Virus record (IMG/VR): IMGVR_UViG_3300028742_000021
Coordinates: 1-33,077 of that record
Strand: one strand, 5' to 3'
DNA: 33,077 bases
From: a virus
Lineage: Duplodnaviria; Caudoviricetes
Positions 8,440 through 17,082 of this stretch are shown piece by piece. The first letter of the stretch is position 1, and every line of letters begins with the position of its first letter. The notes under the pieces were generated by a model. That model had not been told where the DNA came from. It ran no database searches and worked only from the letters and a program-made list of their open reading frames with translations. The translations under genes were made by a program, and so were the position numbers.

Positions 8440-10451
8440 CAGTACATCCCCATGCTCGGGGTGAATGGCGTTGAATCAGGATTGAAGCCGGTCGGCCCGG
8501 TGGTTTTCGGCGGGATCAGCTTTGTCGTCACGTGCGCCGCTAGGTCGTGGCTATCGACCTGTACCTGCACGTGCACTTGAGGGTGCGCATTCGACGGATG
8601 ACCGGCTGTTACGCCATGTGCCGCGCTCGGATCTATCCCTCTCGGGGTTGAACCGGGCGGAGGCGGTGCCGTTGGCATCAGGTTGTTCAGCGCATACTTC
8701 AGTCCTGATGCAAGCGCATATGCAATACCGCCAGCGATGACTGCGCCCACTGCAATCATGCCGCCGGCTGCCGCAAGCGTTGTTGCACCGATTTCTGCTG
8801 CTGTCGCGCCAAGTACTGCGCGCCCAATAAGGGTGCCAACGCTTGTTGCGATGTATTTCGAAAGGCCGACTACGCCTTTATTAACCATGCCGGCAGCGCC
8901 TTTCGCGCCAGCCCATGCCGACATGCCTGCTACCGCCCCGGCGAACAACATACCCGCGTCCAACGCGGTGCCTCCGGCCGGGTGACCCTTCGTGAAGCCC
9001 GCTGTCCAACCAAGTGCCGCATTGGCACCACCCAGCACCGCATTGACCGGCCCCATCAGCGTCGCAGTGCCATTCATTAGCGTAATATTCGCCAGCGCGA
9101 TGGTCTGATCGGCCTTGGCAACAGTGCTCCACTGGGAAATCATTTTCCCCAGCTCCGTCGGGGCCATGGAGGTGTTCTTCAAGTCGGACAGAGCGCCCAG
9201 GTTTGAGAGCGTCGAATCCTCACTGAAAAACGATGCACCGCGCGCGCCTTGCACGCCGAATGCCATTCTGAGCAGGGCATTGAACTGCAACGGCTCCATC
9301 TTTTGGCGGTCTTCGGCGAGAATTGCGACCTCTTTCATCAGGTCCATGCTGCCGTTTTTGTAAAACTGGGACTCGTTGCCTTTGTACAGCCCCAGGTCGT
9401 GCAACGCCTCGTTCTGCTTCTTGTTCGAGAACAGACCACTTCCGAGGGTATTCGGCAATGCGTTCGCGGCCATGGCATTCAGCCAAGTGCCCGATTTCGT
9501 GTTCATAATGCCGCCCTGCATCATCGTGGCGACGAGCAACATGACGTCGCTCGAGTTCGCGCCAGCGGCATGCAGTGACGGCAGCGCGTAGCTCGCGGCA
9601 CGCGAGATCTGGCTCAGCGATGCGTGCGAAGTGAGCGATGCCTGCATCATCGATTCAAACAATGCACCGGCCTGCTTCGGGTCGTACGCGCCTGCCATGT
9701 GCGCCAGTCCGATGAAGGCGTTCGCGGCCTCGGGAAGCGGCACACCCTTGAGCTTCGCCTCGCCGGCCATGTAGGGCATTGCGGCGTCCATCAATTCCAC
9801 CTGCTTGGCGGCAGGCAACGTCCGCATCAAGCGCGAACCTTCCAACATCGCATCGGCGAACGGCTCGATCTTGCCGCCTGTCGCGAAAGCGTACTGTGCC
9901 GCATAGGCCAATTCACGCTGGCGCAGCGCCTCGGATACAATCCCCCATTGATCTGCTGGTACTTGCGACGTCGCCGCCGCTTTAACGTTGGTGTCTCCAA
10001 GGCGTGCGTTTTCATACACGCCGTACAGCAGCCCAGCGGCTGCAACACCAGCGCTGGTAGCGACGCGGCCGCCGGACGGGCCGCCGGATTCACCACCGGA
10101 ACCGCCTCCATCCGGGCGACCGCCACCACCTGGCGGGCGTATGCCGCTAGATTCAGCGCGAGCCGCCGCCATGTTGCGGGCAAGATCGCCGCTGCTGGCT
10201 GCCATCGTGTCGAGCACGTAGCTGGCGCGAGTGAGACTTCCAGCGCTATCGCCCAAGGCAGTCGCTGCGGCTGCGGCCTTCTCGAAGTTACGCGCCATGC
10301 CGGCGCCGGCCGTAGAAGCCTTGCGCGCATTCTCGGCGAACTCGATCATCGCGGAGTTCGCCTTGTTCGCCCACTCGACGATGATCATCAGCCGGTTGCT
10401 GACGTTGTCCTCAAGGTTGGCGCTGACGCCGATGGCAAAAGCGTTGATCAT
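8439..10451 (-). CDS. Tail tape measure protein
   Basis: 670 aa, Ala/Gly-rich and helical, with a TP901-type core (SLSQISRAASYALPSL...GIMNTKSGTWL) and C-terminal hydrophobic stretches. Confidence 0.85.
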   Translation of the reverse strand: MINAFAIGVSANLEDNVSNRLMIIVEWANKANSAMIEFAENARKASTAGAGMARNFEKAAAAATALGDSAGSLTRASYVLDTMAASSGDLARNMAAARAESSGIRPPGGGGRPDGGGSGGESGGPSGGRVATSAGVAAAGLLYGVYENARLGDTNVKAAATSQVPADQWGIVSEALRQRELAYAAQYAFATGGKIEPFADAMLEGSRLMRTLPAAKQVELMDAAMPYMAGEAKLKGVPLPEAANAFIGLAHMAGAYDPKQAGALFESMMQASLTSHASLSQISRAASYALPSLHAAGANSSDVMLLVATMMQGGIMNTKSGTWLNAMAANALPNTLGSGLFSNKKQNEALHDLGLYKGNESQFYKNGSMDLMKEVAILAEDRQKMEPLQFNALLRMAFGVQGARGASFFSEDSTLSNLGALSDLKNTSMAPTELGKMISQWSTVAKADQTIALANITLMNGTATLMGPVNAVLGGANAALGWTAGFTKGHPAGGTALDAGMLFAGAVAGMSAWAGAKGAAGMVNKGVVGLSKYIATSVGTLIGRAVLGATAAEIGATTLAAAGGMIAVGAVIAGGIAYALASGLKYALNNLMPTAPPPPGSTPRGIDPSAAHGVTAGHPSNAHPQVHVQVQVDSHDLAAHVTTKLIPPKTTGPTGFNPDSTPFTPSMGMY

Positions 10452-10930
10452 TTTTTACCTGCGATAGTGTCTTCGACGGCCTGCCCAACCAGATTCGCGA
10501 CTACTTCAGCGTTGCGATACATTGCTGTTCCGAGTACTGGGCGCGGCGGAATGCCTTCGGGTGTGCCAACCTCCTGATACACCATAATTTCACTCTCACT
10601 GCCGACCACGAATGCCTTCGGCTCAGTTTCGTGCTTGATGCTTTCGCGCAAATCGCCCGTGACGAGCAGCGGGGTATTCTCGCCAGCGTCGTCAGCGGCT
10701 TCACCGTTGACAATCGCCATGTTGTGCTGCCATTTTGTCGCGTCCTTCAGTTCTTCCCACGGGGTCATTGGCCCCATGTCTTCGCGCTGGTAATGGCCGA
10801 ACTCGGCCTTCGCTGCAGCCTCCACCACTAGGGCACCCGCTTCCATCGCTGTCGCATATGCGGCCTCTAGTTCTGCTGCCGCACGCTCTATCGCCCGAGC
10901 GAAGGCGCCGAATGACTTGTATTCCTTCAT
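10448..10930 (-). CDS. HK97 gp10-like / virion morphogenesis (tail completion) protein
   Basis: Likely start is the ATG at 10930 (MKEYKSF), overlapping the upstream stop as ATGA. Motifs PLLVTGDLRESI, VGS, YQEVGT and IPPRPVLG are typical of the gp10/gpS family. Confidence 0.75.
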   Translation of the reverse strand: MKEYKSFGAFARAIERAAAELEAAYATAMEAGALVVEAAAKAEFGHYQREDMGPMTPWEELKDATKWQHNMAIVNGEAADDAGENTPLLVTGDLRESIKHETEPKAFVVGSESEIMVYQEVGTPEGIPPRPVLGTAMYRNAEVVANLVGQAVEDTIAGKK

Positions 10931-11100
10931 TTCGGGGCGATCCACTCCATACGCGACCAAGAGAACTTGCGGCCTTCGATTTCGCCTGACGCCACGCAAA
11001 ACCCGAGCAATTCAGTGCGCGAGAACCGATTCACGACATCCCACGGGACGCCGGCTTTCGTCAGCATCAATACCTGGCGCACACCAGCGTCCCGGCTTAT
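10927..11100 (-). CDS. -1 frameshift extension of the tail assembly chaperone (gpGT-like C-terminal part)
   Basis: The -1 frame after the slippery A AAA AAA is open for 57 codons (ISRDAGVRQVLMLTKAGVPWDVV...GEIEGRKFSWSRMEWIAPK). Its TGA overlaps the next ATG. Confidence 0.75.
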   Translation of the reverse strand: MSRDAGVRQVLMLTKAGVPWDVVNRFSRTELLGFCVASGEIEGRKFSWSRMEWIAPK

Positions 11101-11459
11101 TTTTTTGCTGCTTGGACGTCTTCCTTGCCGTCGAACAGCTTCACGCCGTTGGTGAGCGCGGCCAGGCCCTTGTGCCCCAGTCGACCGATCAGCGCCTTAA
11201 CCTGCAACAGCGACGTCGGCAGGAAAATCGGCTCAGCATCGATCCCGCTCAAATAGATCAACGGCAGGCACATCTGAACGAAACGGGTGTTCTCGGAGGC
11301 TTCGTTGCCGATGGCCAGCACGATTTCGTACTGCGCAAGCGGGCCGGGATAGGTCAGGGTCAACTTGCGGCCGTCTGCCACATCGACCACCACCGTGTCA
11401 CCATTCAACACAGGGGCGGCTGCGGCGCCGCTGGTTTCAGTCACTTGAAGTTCGGTCAT
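11097..11459 (-). CDS. Tail assembly chaperone (gpG-like)
   Basis: 120 aa after the tail tube; it ends in GCA AAA AAA TAA (slippery heptamer). Confidence 0.8.
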   Translation of the reverse strand: MTELQVTETSGAAAAPVLNGDTVVVDVADGRKLTLTYPGPLAQYEIVLAIGNEASENTRFVQMCLPLIYLSGIDAEPIFLPTSLLQVKALIGRLGHKGLAALTNGVKLFDGKEDVQAAKK

Positions 11460-11894
11460 TTACAGGGGTCCAATGCGAGTGCTGGCGGCGAACGAAACCT
11501 TTTGAATCACGTTCTTTTCGGCTTCGATATCGCCGGCATCTTCGAAAAACAGCACGACGCCCTGCAATTGCCACGAGGTCGGGGGCCCATTGACCTCATT
11601 GATCGTTTCCGAGATGAAGCCGGCCGGCTGATTCACGCCCGCGTAGTAAGCGGCTTCGAACTGCGAGAAGTACGTGTCGAGGGTGGCATCGGCGCGCGAA
11701 ATCTCGAACGAGCCTTCCCAGCCGCCCTCTTGAAACGTGAGGATGATGGGCAGGCTTCCGATCGGCTTGACCGTGATCGAGCTCTTGATCTTTTTCTTCG
11801 AAAACTTCGTCAGCGTGGGGAGCGTGAGCAGACCGGTCGGCGTCAAGACGTCGAAGCGATAATCACTCCCAATTGAGAGACCGTTTAACGGCAT
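11460..11894 (-). CDS. Tail tube protein
   Basis: 144 aa, beta-rich, immediately downstream of the sheath gene. Confidence 0.8.
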   Translation of the reverse strand: MPLNGLSIGSDYRFDVLTPTGLLTLPTLTKFSKKKIKSSITVKPIGSLPIILTFQEGGWEGSFEISRADATLDTYFSQFEAAYYAGVNQPAGFISETINEVNGPPTSWQLQGVVLFFEDAGDIEAEKNVIQKVSFAASTRIGPL

Positions 11895-11911
11895 GGCGTG
11901 CTCCAGAATGC

Positions 11912-11932
11912 AAAAAGCCGCCCGGAGGCGGC
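11912..11932 (-). terminator. Terminator-like hairpin between sheath and tube genes
   Basis: - strand GCCGCC-TCCG-GGCGGC followed by TTTTTGCATT. Confidence 0.7.
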
Positions 11933-11951
11933 CTGCATGGGTTGGGAATGA

Positions 11952-13946
11952 TTACTGCGGGGTGACGGTGACCGACTGGCCGCCTTCGATGTTGACGAGG
12001 AACATCCGAACAATGCTCAGGTACGTGACCATGACGGTCGCGACCATGTAGCCCAACGCTACCTGACTCATCGGGTTGTTCGCCGCATTGAGCTGCACCG
12101 ACCAGCCGGGTTGCGTCGGCGCATTCACATTGCCGATCATGTTGTTCGCCTGCAGATTCGCAAAGAACGCATCCATCGCGCCCTTCACATTGCGCCGCAG
12201 GTTGATCGTCTGCACCTTGCCCGGTACATAGCCGAACGCGCTCGCGATCGTGAACGCGATGTAGTTGGTCATGCGCGTGTAATTGTCGCCGTTCGTCGCG
12301 CTGTTGCTGCTGGCGTTCTGACCAGTGCGGCATGCAAAGATGGATCCAGCCGGGGCGCCGAGCGTCAGTACCTCAAGCCGTGAGGTGGCGCACTGTGCGA
12401 TTTGCGCATCGCTGTACGGCAAGTTCTGCATACTGCTCTGCGTCGCCAGCACACCCGCGATCGGGGCATTGAGAATCGATTGCTCCGGGCTGGTTGCGGC
12501 TTGCAAGGCAGAGGTGAAGGTCGCGGGCGACACCAGGCGCTGCACGCCGTTGACGGTGTCGTTGTAATACGACCAGTCGCCCACGAGACATGCGAATCCG
12601 TAACCATCGACACCGGAATTGGCGAGGTTGGTCGCACTGGTGGTGATGCTGGTACCCACCGGGTTAGCGCCGTGGAAATAGATGCCCTCCTGCAAGCCAA
12701 GAGCGAGTTGCGCGCTCCAGGTAGCCGGCGTCTGGCAGTCGATCAGGTTGCCAACTTGCGCGCCCGACTTGCGCAGCGCATACATACCAGAGCGGGTCAG
12801 GCCGTCTGCGCCGACCAGCGTGTTATCGGTGACGCCATACGCGCCATCGGTACCGCCGGAGAGCGTATAGGTGTTCGTCAGGTTCGGTGCATTCGCGGAA
12901 GTGCCCAGTGTCGCGATGCAATTCACCGAGGGGCCGCGCAAGCCGGTCTGGCCGTTGTTCACGGCGTTGACCATGTTGAGCCATACACTGGTGGTCAGCG
13001 CGATCGATCCGCCGGTACCGCCGCCGCCCGTGAGTGTTGCGGTTGCCGAGGTATAGGCCGCACCCGGAGTGACTGGCGTGAAGGCGCCGAGGCCCCACAC
13101 CATATTCACGAGTGCGCCGACACCGACACCCGAAGTCGAGGCGGGAGCGACCGCGGTCGTCGGGGCCACACCACCAGTCAGCGCGCCAGCATTGAAGACC
13201 ACCAGCGACGTGATGATGCCCGAGGCAGCGGTAACCGTCAGGATCACGCCATTCGCCATCGTGATCGTGTCGCCAGTCACGTAGCCAGTGCCGCCGCTCG
13301 CACCGCCTCCAGTCACGTTGGCCGACAGCACTTCGAGGCTGATGATGCCGGTCGCCTGCACGCCATTGGCGCCCTGTGGCGCGGAAATGGACAGCGCCGG
13401 GACCGAGGTAAAGCCGGTGCCCGGCGTGACCGCGCCGCTACTCACGCCCTGCGAGAGGTTGTTGAACACCTCCGGCGTGAAGCCTGCGCGCTGAATTGTC
13501 AGCTTGTAGGTATTGGCCGCGGTGCCCGCTACAATCGAGGACGTGATGCCGTTGCCGACGATTCCGGTGTACATGCCGGTAAGCGTCATCCCGGTGACCG
13601 GTGAGCCGAGCGTATCTTTCAGGGCTGCACTGGCCGCCGTATCCGTGCCGTCCGACACGCGCACCAGGATGTAATTCTGGACGTTGTTCATGTCACCGAT
13701 CGCCACCGCCGTGGCAATGTCATGCTGGCGGAACGTGATCGGGCCGACCATTTGCTGCGCCTGCGCGCTGTTGCCGATGCCCATCATGGCGGCATTGACC
13801 GGGCCCCACGAACCGACGCCGACCAGACCAAGACCATCGGTCGGCACGCCGTTGATATAGGCGATGCTGGGCGGCTGGATGATGACGTACAGGTCGGGGG
13901 CCTGCAGTGCGGTGACGTTTAAATTGCCTGCTTGGTACACTGGCAT
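11952..13946 (-). CDS. Contractile tail sheath protein
   Basis: 664 aa. N-terminal APDLYV...GLVGVGSWGPVN, LSGGTDG, and a C-terminal sheath domain (YTRMTNYIA...NNPMSQVALGYMVATVMV). Confidence 0.9.
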   Translation of the reverse strand: MPVYQAGNLNVTALQAPDLYVIIQPPSIAYINGVPTDGLGLVGVGSWGPVNAAMMGIGNSAQAQQMVGPITFRQHDIATAVAIGDMNNVQNYILVRVSDGTDTAASAALKDTLGSPVTGMTLTGMYTGIVGNGITSSIVAGTAANTYKLTIQRAGFTPEVFNNLSQGVSSGAVTPGTGFTSVPALSISAPQGANGVQATGIISLEVLSANVTGGGASGGTGYVTGDTITMANGVILTVTAASGIITSLVVFNAGALTGGVAPTTAVAPASTSGVGVGALVNMVWGLGAFTPVTPGAAYTSATATLTGGGGTGGSIALTTSVWLNMVNAVNNGQTGLRGPSVNCIATLGTSANAPNLTNTYTLSGGTDGAYGVTDNTLVGADGLTRSGMYALRKSGAQVGNLIDCQTPATWSAQLALGLQEGIYFHGANPVGTSITTSATNLANSGVDGYGFACLVGDWSYYNDTVNGVQRLVSPATFTSALQAATSPEQSILNAPIAGVLATQSSMQNLPYSDAQIAQCATSRLEVLTLGAPAGSIFACRTGQNASSNSATNGDNYTRMTNYIAFTIASAFGYVPGKVQTINLRRNVKGAMDAFFANLQANNMIGNVNAPTQPGWSVQLNAANNPMSQVALGYMVATVMVTYLSIVRMFLVNIEGGQSVTVTPQ

Positions 13947-13963
13947 GGACGAGCTCCGGGCGT

Positions 13964-14048
13964 AAAAAAACCCGCACGCGGCGGGTCTAGAAATGAAAAA
14001 GCCGCCCGGAGGCGGCCGTAAACGAAAAAAGCCACCCGAAGGCGGCTT
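13964..14048 (-). terminator. Three tandem terminator-like hairpins with U-tracts upstream of the sheath gene
   Basis: Hairpin plus U-tract units at 14025-14048, 13996-14016 and 13964-13986. Confidence 0.75.
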
Positions 14049-14066
14049 ATGCGAAGGTGGGCGTGT

Positions 14067-14309
14067 CTAGTGGACTGCAGTCATCAGTAGGTGCGGCGGG
14101 ATTTTCACGTTCGGCTTGTGGCCATCAATGAACCAGACCTGAATCTGCCAGGCGTGCCGGCTCCAGTCGAGGCTGAATTGATCGCGCATGATCTGGATGA
14201 ATGCCTTCTTGATGCGAACGCAGACAGGCGGCGTTGCCTCCTGACCGACGAAGCGCTCGACCGCTATTTTGAGCGCCATGCCAGCCGCGCGACTGGGATC
14301 GGCAATCAT
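14067..14309 (-). CDS. Hypothetical protein (80 aa)
   Basis: ATGA overlap with the upstream gene; fills the gap before the terminators. Confidence 0.6.
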   Translation of the reverse strand: MIADPSRAAGMALKIAVERFVGQEATPPVCVRIKKAFIQIMRDQFSLDWSRHAWQIQVWFIDGHKPNVKIPPHLLMTAVH

Positions 14310-14506
14310 CCGATCACCTTATGCACGAAATGGGCGTTTTCGCCGGACTTCACTGCGGCGATTTCGGCCGGATCGCGGATCGCATCGCCCTTGCGGTAAT
14401 TCGCGAAGGCGTGACGCACCACTAGATAGTGGCCCAGCGTGTTCACCGGCTCAGCGGAAGCGTCTACCTGCTCGGTCGTTCCTGCATCGGATTGTTTCGT
14501 TGCCAT
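14306..14506 (-). CDS. Small hypothetical virion-module protein (66 aa)
   Basis: ATG with GAGG RBS. LVVRHAFANYRKGDAI resembles the small proteins commonly found before sheath genes. Confidence 0.7.
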   Translation of the reverse strand: MATKQSDAGTTEQVDASAEPVNTLGHYLVVRHAFANYRKGDAIRDPAEIAAVKSGENAHFVHKVIG

Positions 14507-14513
14507 GTGCGCC

Positions 14514-15335
14514 TCAGATGTTGGTAGTGTGGGTTGTACCGCCGATCGACGTAACGGTTGCGCTCCGATTCGTCACGGTGTTGTCGGTATGGACTGTGAT
14601 CAGCGCGAACTCGACTTCGTACAGTAGGTTACGGCGGTAAATGCGCTGTTTCTGGAGCGTGTCCGTCTCGATGGTGCCGCGATACAACAGGCGCGCCACA
14701 GTATTGTCGGGCAGTACGATGCGCGGTTGCAGTTTGAACGCTGGCTCCAGGACTTTGCCTATGGCATCGCGAATAGCGGGCGTCGGCGCCCAACCGGCGA
14801 CCATGAAAACCTGTGCTTGTCGGCCGATTTCATGCTGCATCACGACCGGCACCGAAATATCCGTCTTGATCTCGAAGGCGCCATTGATCACGATCACGTA
14901 GCTACTGACCGATGCGCCGGGAATCAGCGCCGCGAGTGCTGCGGCAATCGTCTCGACCGTGTCGCCCACTTTGACCGCGTAGCTGTACGGCTGGTAATTC
15001 ACCGTGAGCGTGGCGGCTTCGCCCGGGTTGATCCTGCCGCCGACAGTCACCATATTCAGGTAGACGATCAGCGATAGTTGCGGCGTGGGAATCGCGTTCT
15101 GCGCGTCGTCGTCACCGATAAAGCGCGTGGTGTTCTTGCCCATGCCAGGCATCTGGTAGACGCTCACCATGGCGTTGCCGGCCTTGATAATCGCATCCAG
15201 TTGCGCCGCAATCGGCCAGCCAGGAACCACAGTGGCCGCCACCGCGATCGCGCTTGGCTGTGACGCGCCGTTCGGGTATAGCGCTGCGCTCGCTAAACTC
15301 ACTAGCGTGTTTTGGACGTCTGACAGATCCGCCAT
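14514..15335 (-). CDS. Tail terminator / neck protein
   Basis: 273 aa in the head-tail joining block upstream of the sheath; call is by position. Confidence 0.6.
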   Translation of the reverse strand: MADLSDVQNTLVSLASAALYPNGASQPSAIAVAATVVPGWPIAAQLDAIIKAGNAMVSVYQMPGMGKNTTRFIGDDDAQNAIPTPQLSLIVYLNMVTVGGRINPGEAATLTVNYQPYSYAVKVGDTVETIAAALAALIPGASVSSYVIVINGAFEIKTDISVPVVMQHEIGRQAQVFMVAGWAPTPAIRDAIGKVLEPAFKLQPRIVLPDNTVARLLYRGTIETDTLQKQRIYRRNLLYEVEFALITVHTDNTVTNRSATVTSIGGTTHTTNI

Positions 15336-15971
15336 TTATGCCTCAACCAGTTCGAGAAGCGCTTCGTAGCCCAAAAGGCCCTTTTGCGCAGAGACGACCT
15401 GGTAATTATCCCCGTTTTCGTCCGTCACTTGGTCCCGAGTTTGTACGGCACCGTCCGGAAGATAGAAGAATGCAGCGTAAAAGGCCCGTAATGCGTTGTC
15501 AGTGGGCAGTTGCGCGGCCGGTCGGCCTGTTTCCTTCTTGACGCTTAGTACTCCGGGTATTCCCTGAGCGTAAGCGGTATCAAGGTCTGGATTTGGGTAC
15601 GGCTGCTCGCCCGGCAGGCTGTTGATCAGTGGTCGCGAGAATGTCAGCGTCTGCGTGCAGCGCAGTGCAATCGGCGGCATCAAACTGTCCATCGCCAGCA
15701 CGCAATACGTCTCGCAGCCGACCAGATAATCGCCTACCGCAAGCTGCGACCCATCCACGATGATCTGCCAGTACAACTGATTCGATTTCGACTGCCCGCT
15801 ATACGTGCCGCCGATGTTGAAACTCGCGTTCAAAGTACCGAGCTGGTTCGCAGGCTGGATCGGATTGATCAACACGGGTCCCGGTCGATACAGGCAGTGT
15901 GGAGGCCCGATCCGCAGCGCCGCCTTCGCATACCCCGCGTAAATCTTGGCTTGAATCAGTGCGGCGTCCAT
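15336..15971 (-). CDS. Head closure / head-tail adaptor protein
   Basis: Likely start is the ATG at 15971 (MDAALIQAKIY), in a TGATG overlap with the upstream gene; beta-rich; call is by position. Confidence 0.6.
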   Translation of the reverse strand: MDAALIQAKIYAGYAKAALRIGPPHCLYRPGPVLINPIQPANQLGTLNASFNIGGTYSGQSKSNQLYWQIIVDGSQLAVGDYLVGCETYCVLAMDSLMPPIALRCTQTLTFSRPLINSLPGEQPYPNPDLDTAYAQGIPGVLSVKKETGRPAAQLPTDNALRAFYAAFFYLPDGAVQTRDQVTDENGDNYQVVSAQKGLLGYEALLELVEA

Positions 15972-16399
15972 CAGAGCTCCAACGTGTCGATGCCCATACC
16001 AACAGACGAGCACAGTTCGGATGCGATGGCGACAGCTTCGGCAGAAGTTTTGCCAAGATGCATTGAGGTGATGGCGTAATCCTGGCCGCTGCCAATCGCA
16101 GCATACGACCGCAATATGCGAATCGGAAACTCATTGTTCGCGTAGATCAATGCGGTGCCATCTGGATCGATGAACAGAATGCGCGCGTAAGTATCTCCGA
16201 TAGGCGCTGCCAGCTTTCCCGGCTTGCGTCCCTTGATGCACCAATTGACTATCTCATACGCACGCGGCAGATCGCCTGCGCCGCCCAGCAAAGAGCCGTC
16301 ATCGAGACGCTGAATCTTGCAGACTGGAAACTTCCCGCCATTCATTTCCATCAGGCGATCGGCGGAAAGCGAGCTGCCATCCCAGCAGATAACAGTCAT
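15971..16399 (-). CDS. Proteasome beta-subunit / HslV-like Ntn-hydrolase (N-terminal Thr protease)
   Basis: Begins M-T. Shows SADR (Asp17-like), CKI (Lys33-like), GGAGD (Gly47-like), AIGSG (Ser129-like) and AEAVAIA, in the order found in HslV/20S beta subunits. Confidence 0.75.
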   Translation of the reverse strand: MTVICWDGSSLSADRLMEMNGGKFPVCKIQRLDDGSLLGGAGDLPRAYEIVNWCIKGRKPGKLAAPIGDTYARILFIDPDGTALIYANNEFPIRILRSYAAIGSGQDYAITSMHLGKTSAEAVAIASELCSSVGMGIDTLEL

Positions 16400-16795
16400 T
16401 CAAACCACCAGCGCGTTAGAGCAGCCGCCAAAGTTCGGACCTTTCGGAACCCCTAGGAAATTGCACAGCCGCATGCGCCAGGAGTCAAAGAGGCGATCTC
16501 TGTCCAATTGCTCATTCTTATTGTGAGTCCATACTGCAGCCACATCGGTATCAAGGTTCGCGCTCGTACCTGGGATGGCCGTTTCCAGCGCGTAGAGGTT
16601 GGTGAGGTAGGTATTCACGACCACCAGACCTTCGTTCGCACTGATGTGCTGCAGGCGGTATTCGAGCGCGAGGTACTGGCGCATGATCCACGGGTAGGGG
16701 AACACGACGTCACCATCGCCGTACGCCGGGTACCCGCAGAAACGCCGAACATCAACGAGTTGCGCATCAGTAAAGGTATAGGGCGTGAAGGCCAT
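16400..16795 (-). CDS. Head-tail connector (adaptor) protein
   Basis: 131 aa, helical, second gene after the capsid; VDVRRFCGYP start typical of adaptors. Confidence 0.65.
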   Translation of the reverse strand: MAFTPYTFTDAQLVDVRRFCGYPAYGDGDVVFPYPWIMRQYLALEYRLQHISANEGLVVVNTYLTNLYALETAIPGTSANLDTDVAAVWTHNKNEQLDRDRLFDSWRMRLCNFLGVPKGPNFGGCSNALVV

Positions 16796-16798
16796 GGA

Positions 16799-16999
16799 TT
16801 ACTCGAAGAGCGCGCCGGACTGGACGAGTTGCGTAATCAGCGCACCATCCTTGATGGGATCAAACTCGGTACCAGCGGTAAAATGCTGATGCGTGCGACC
16901 GTGCGTCATCAGGCCGTGATTCTTCTTGAGTACGAACTTGGGCGCCGCAGACTCGGTGACTTCGGGTGCGTCCGGTGCTTCTTGCTTGGGCCTGGCCAT
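16799..16999 (-). CDS. Small hypothetical protein after the capsid gene (66 aa)
   Basis: ATG at 16999 (MARPKQE) preceded by an AAGGAG RBS. Confidence 0.7.
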   Translation of the reverse strand: MARPKQEAPDAPEVTESAAPKFVLKKNHGLMTHGRTHQHFTAGTEFDPIKDGALITQLVQSGALFE

Positions 17000-17040
17000 G
17001 GTGATCTCCTTTATGAAGCCCCCGAGGGGACAGAGGCTTG

Positions 17041-17070
17041 AAAAGGAGCCGGGATTGCTCCCGGTCCCTT
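17041..17070 (-). terminator. Terminator-like hairpin after the major capsid gene
   Basis: - strand CCGGGA-GCAA-TCCCGG with flanking AAGG/CCTT pairing and a short U-run. Confidence 0.55.
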
Positions 17071-17082
17071 GTGACTGGACGA

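Noticed and set aside
4125-13604. Long + strand ORFs (e.g. 4125-5111, 9624-10577, 10917-11876, 12402-13604)
   Set aside because: They are antisense to well-supported structural genes, as expected from GC-rich codon bias, and contain no recognisable motifs.
13964-14048. Short repeated palindromic units resembling a mini CRISPR array
   Set aside because: The units are non-identical hairpin+U-tract terminators with spacers under 10 nt, and no cas genes are present.
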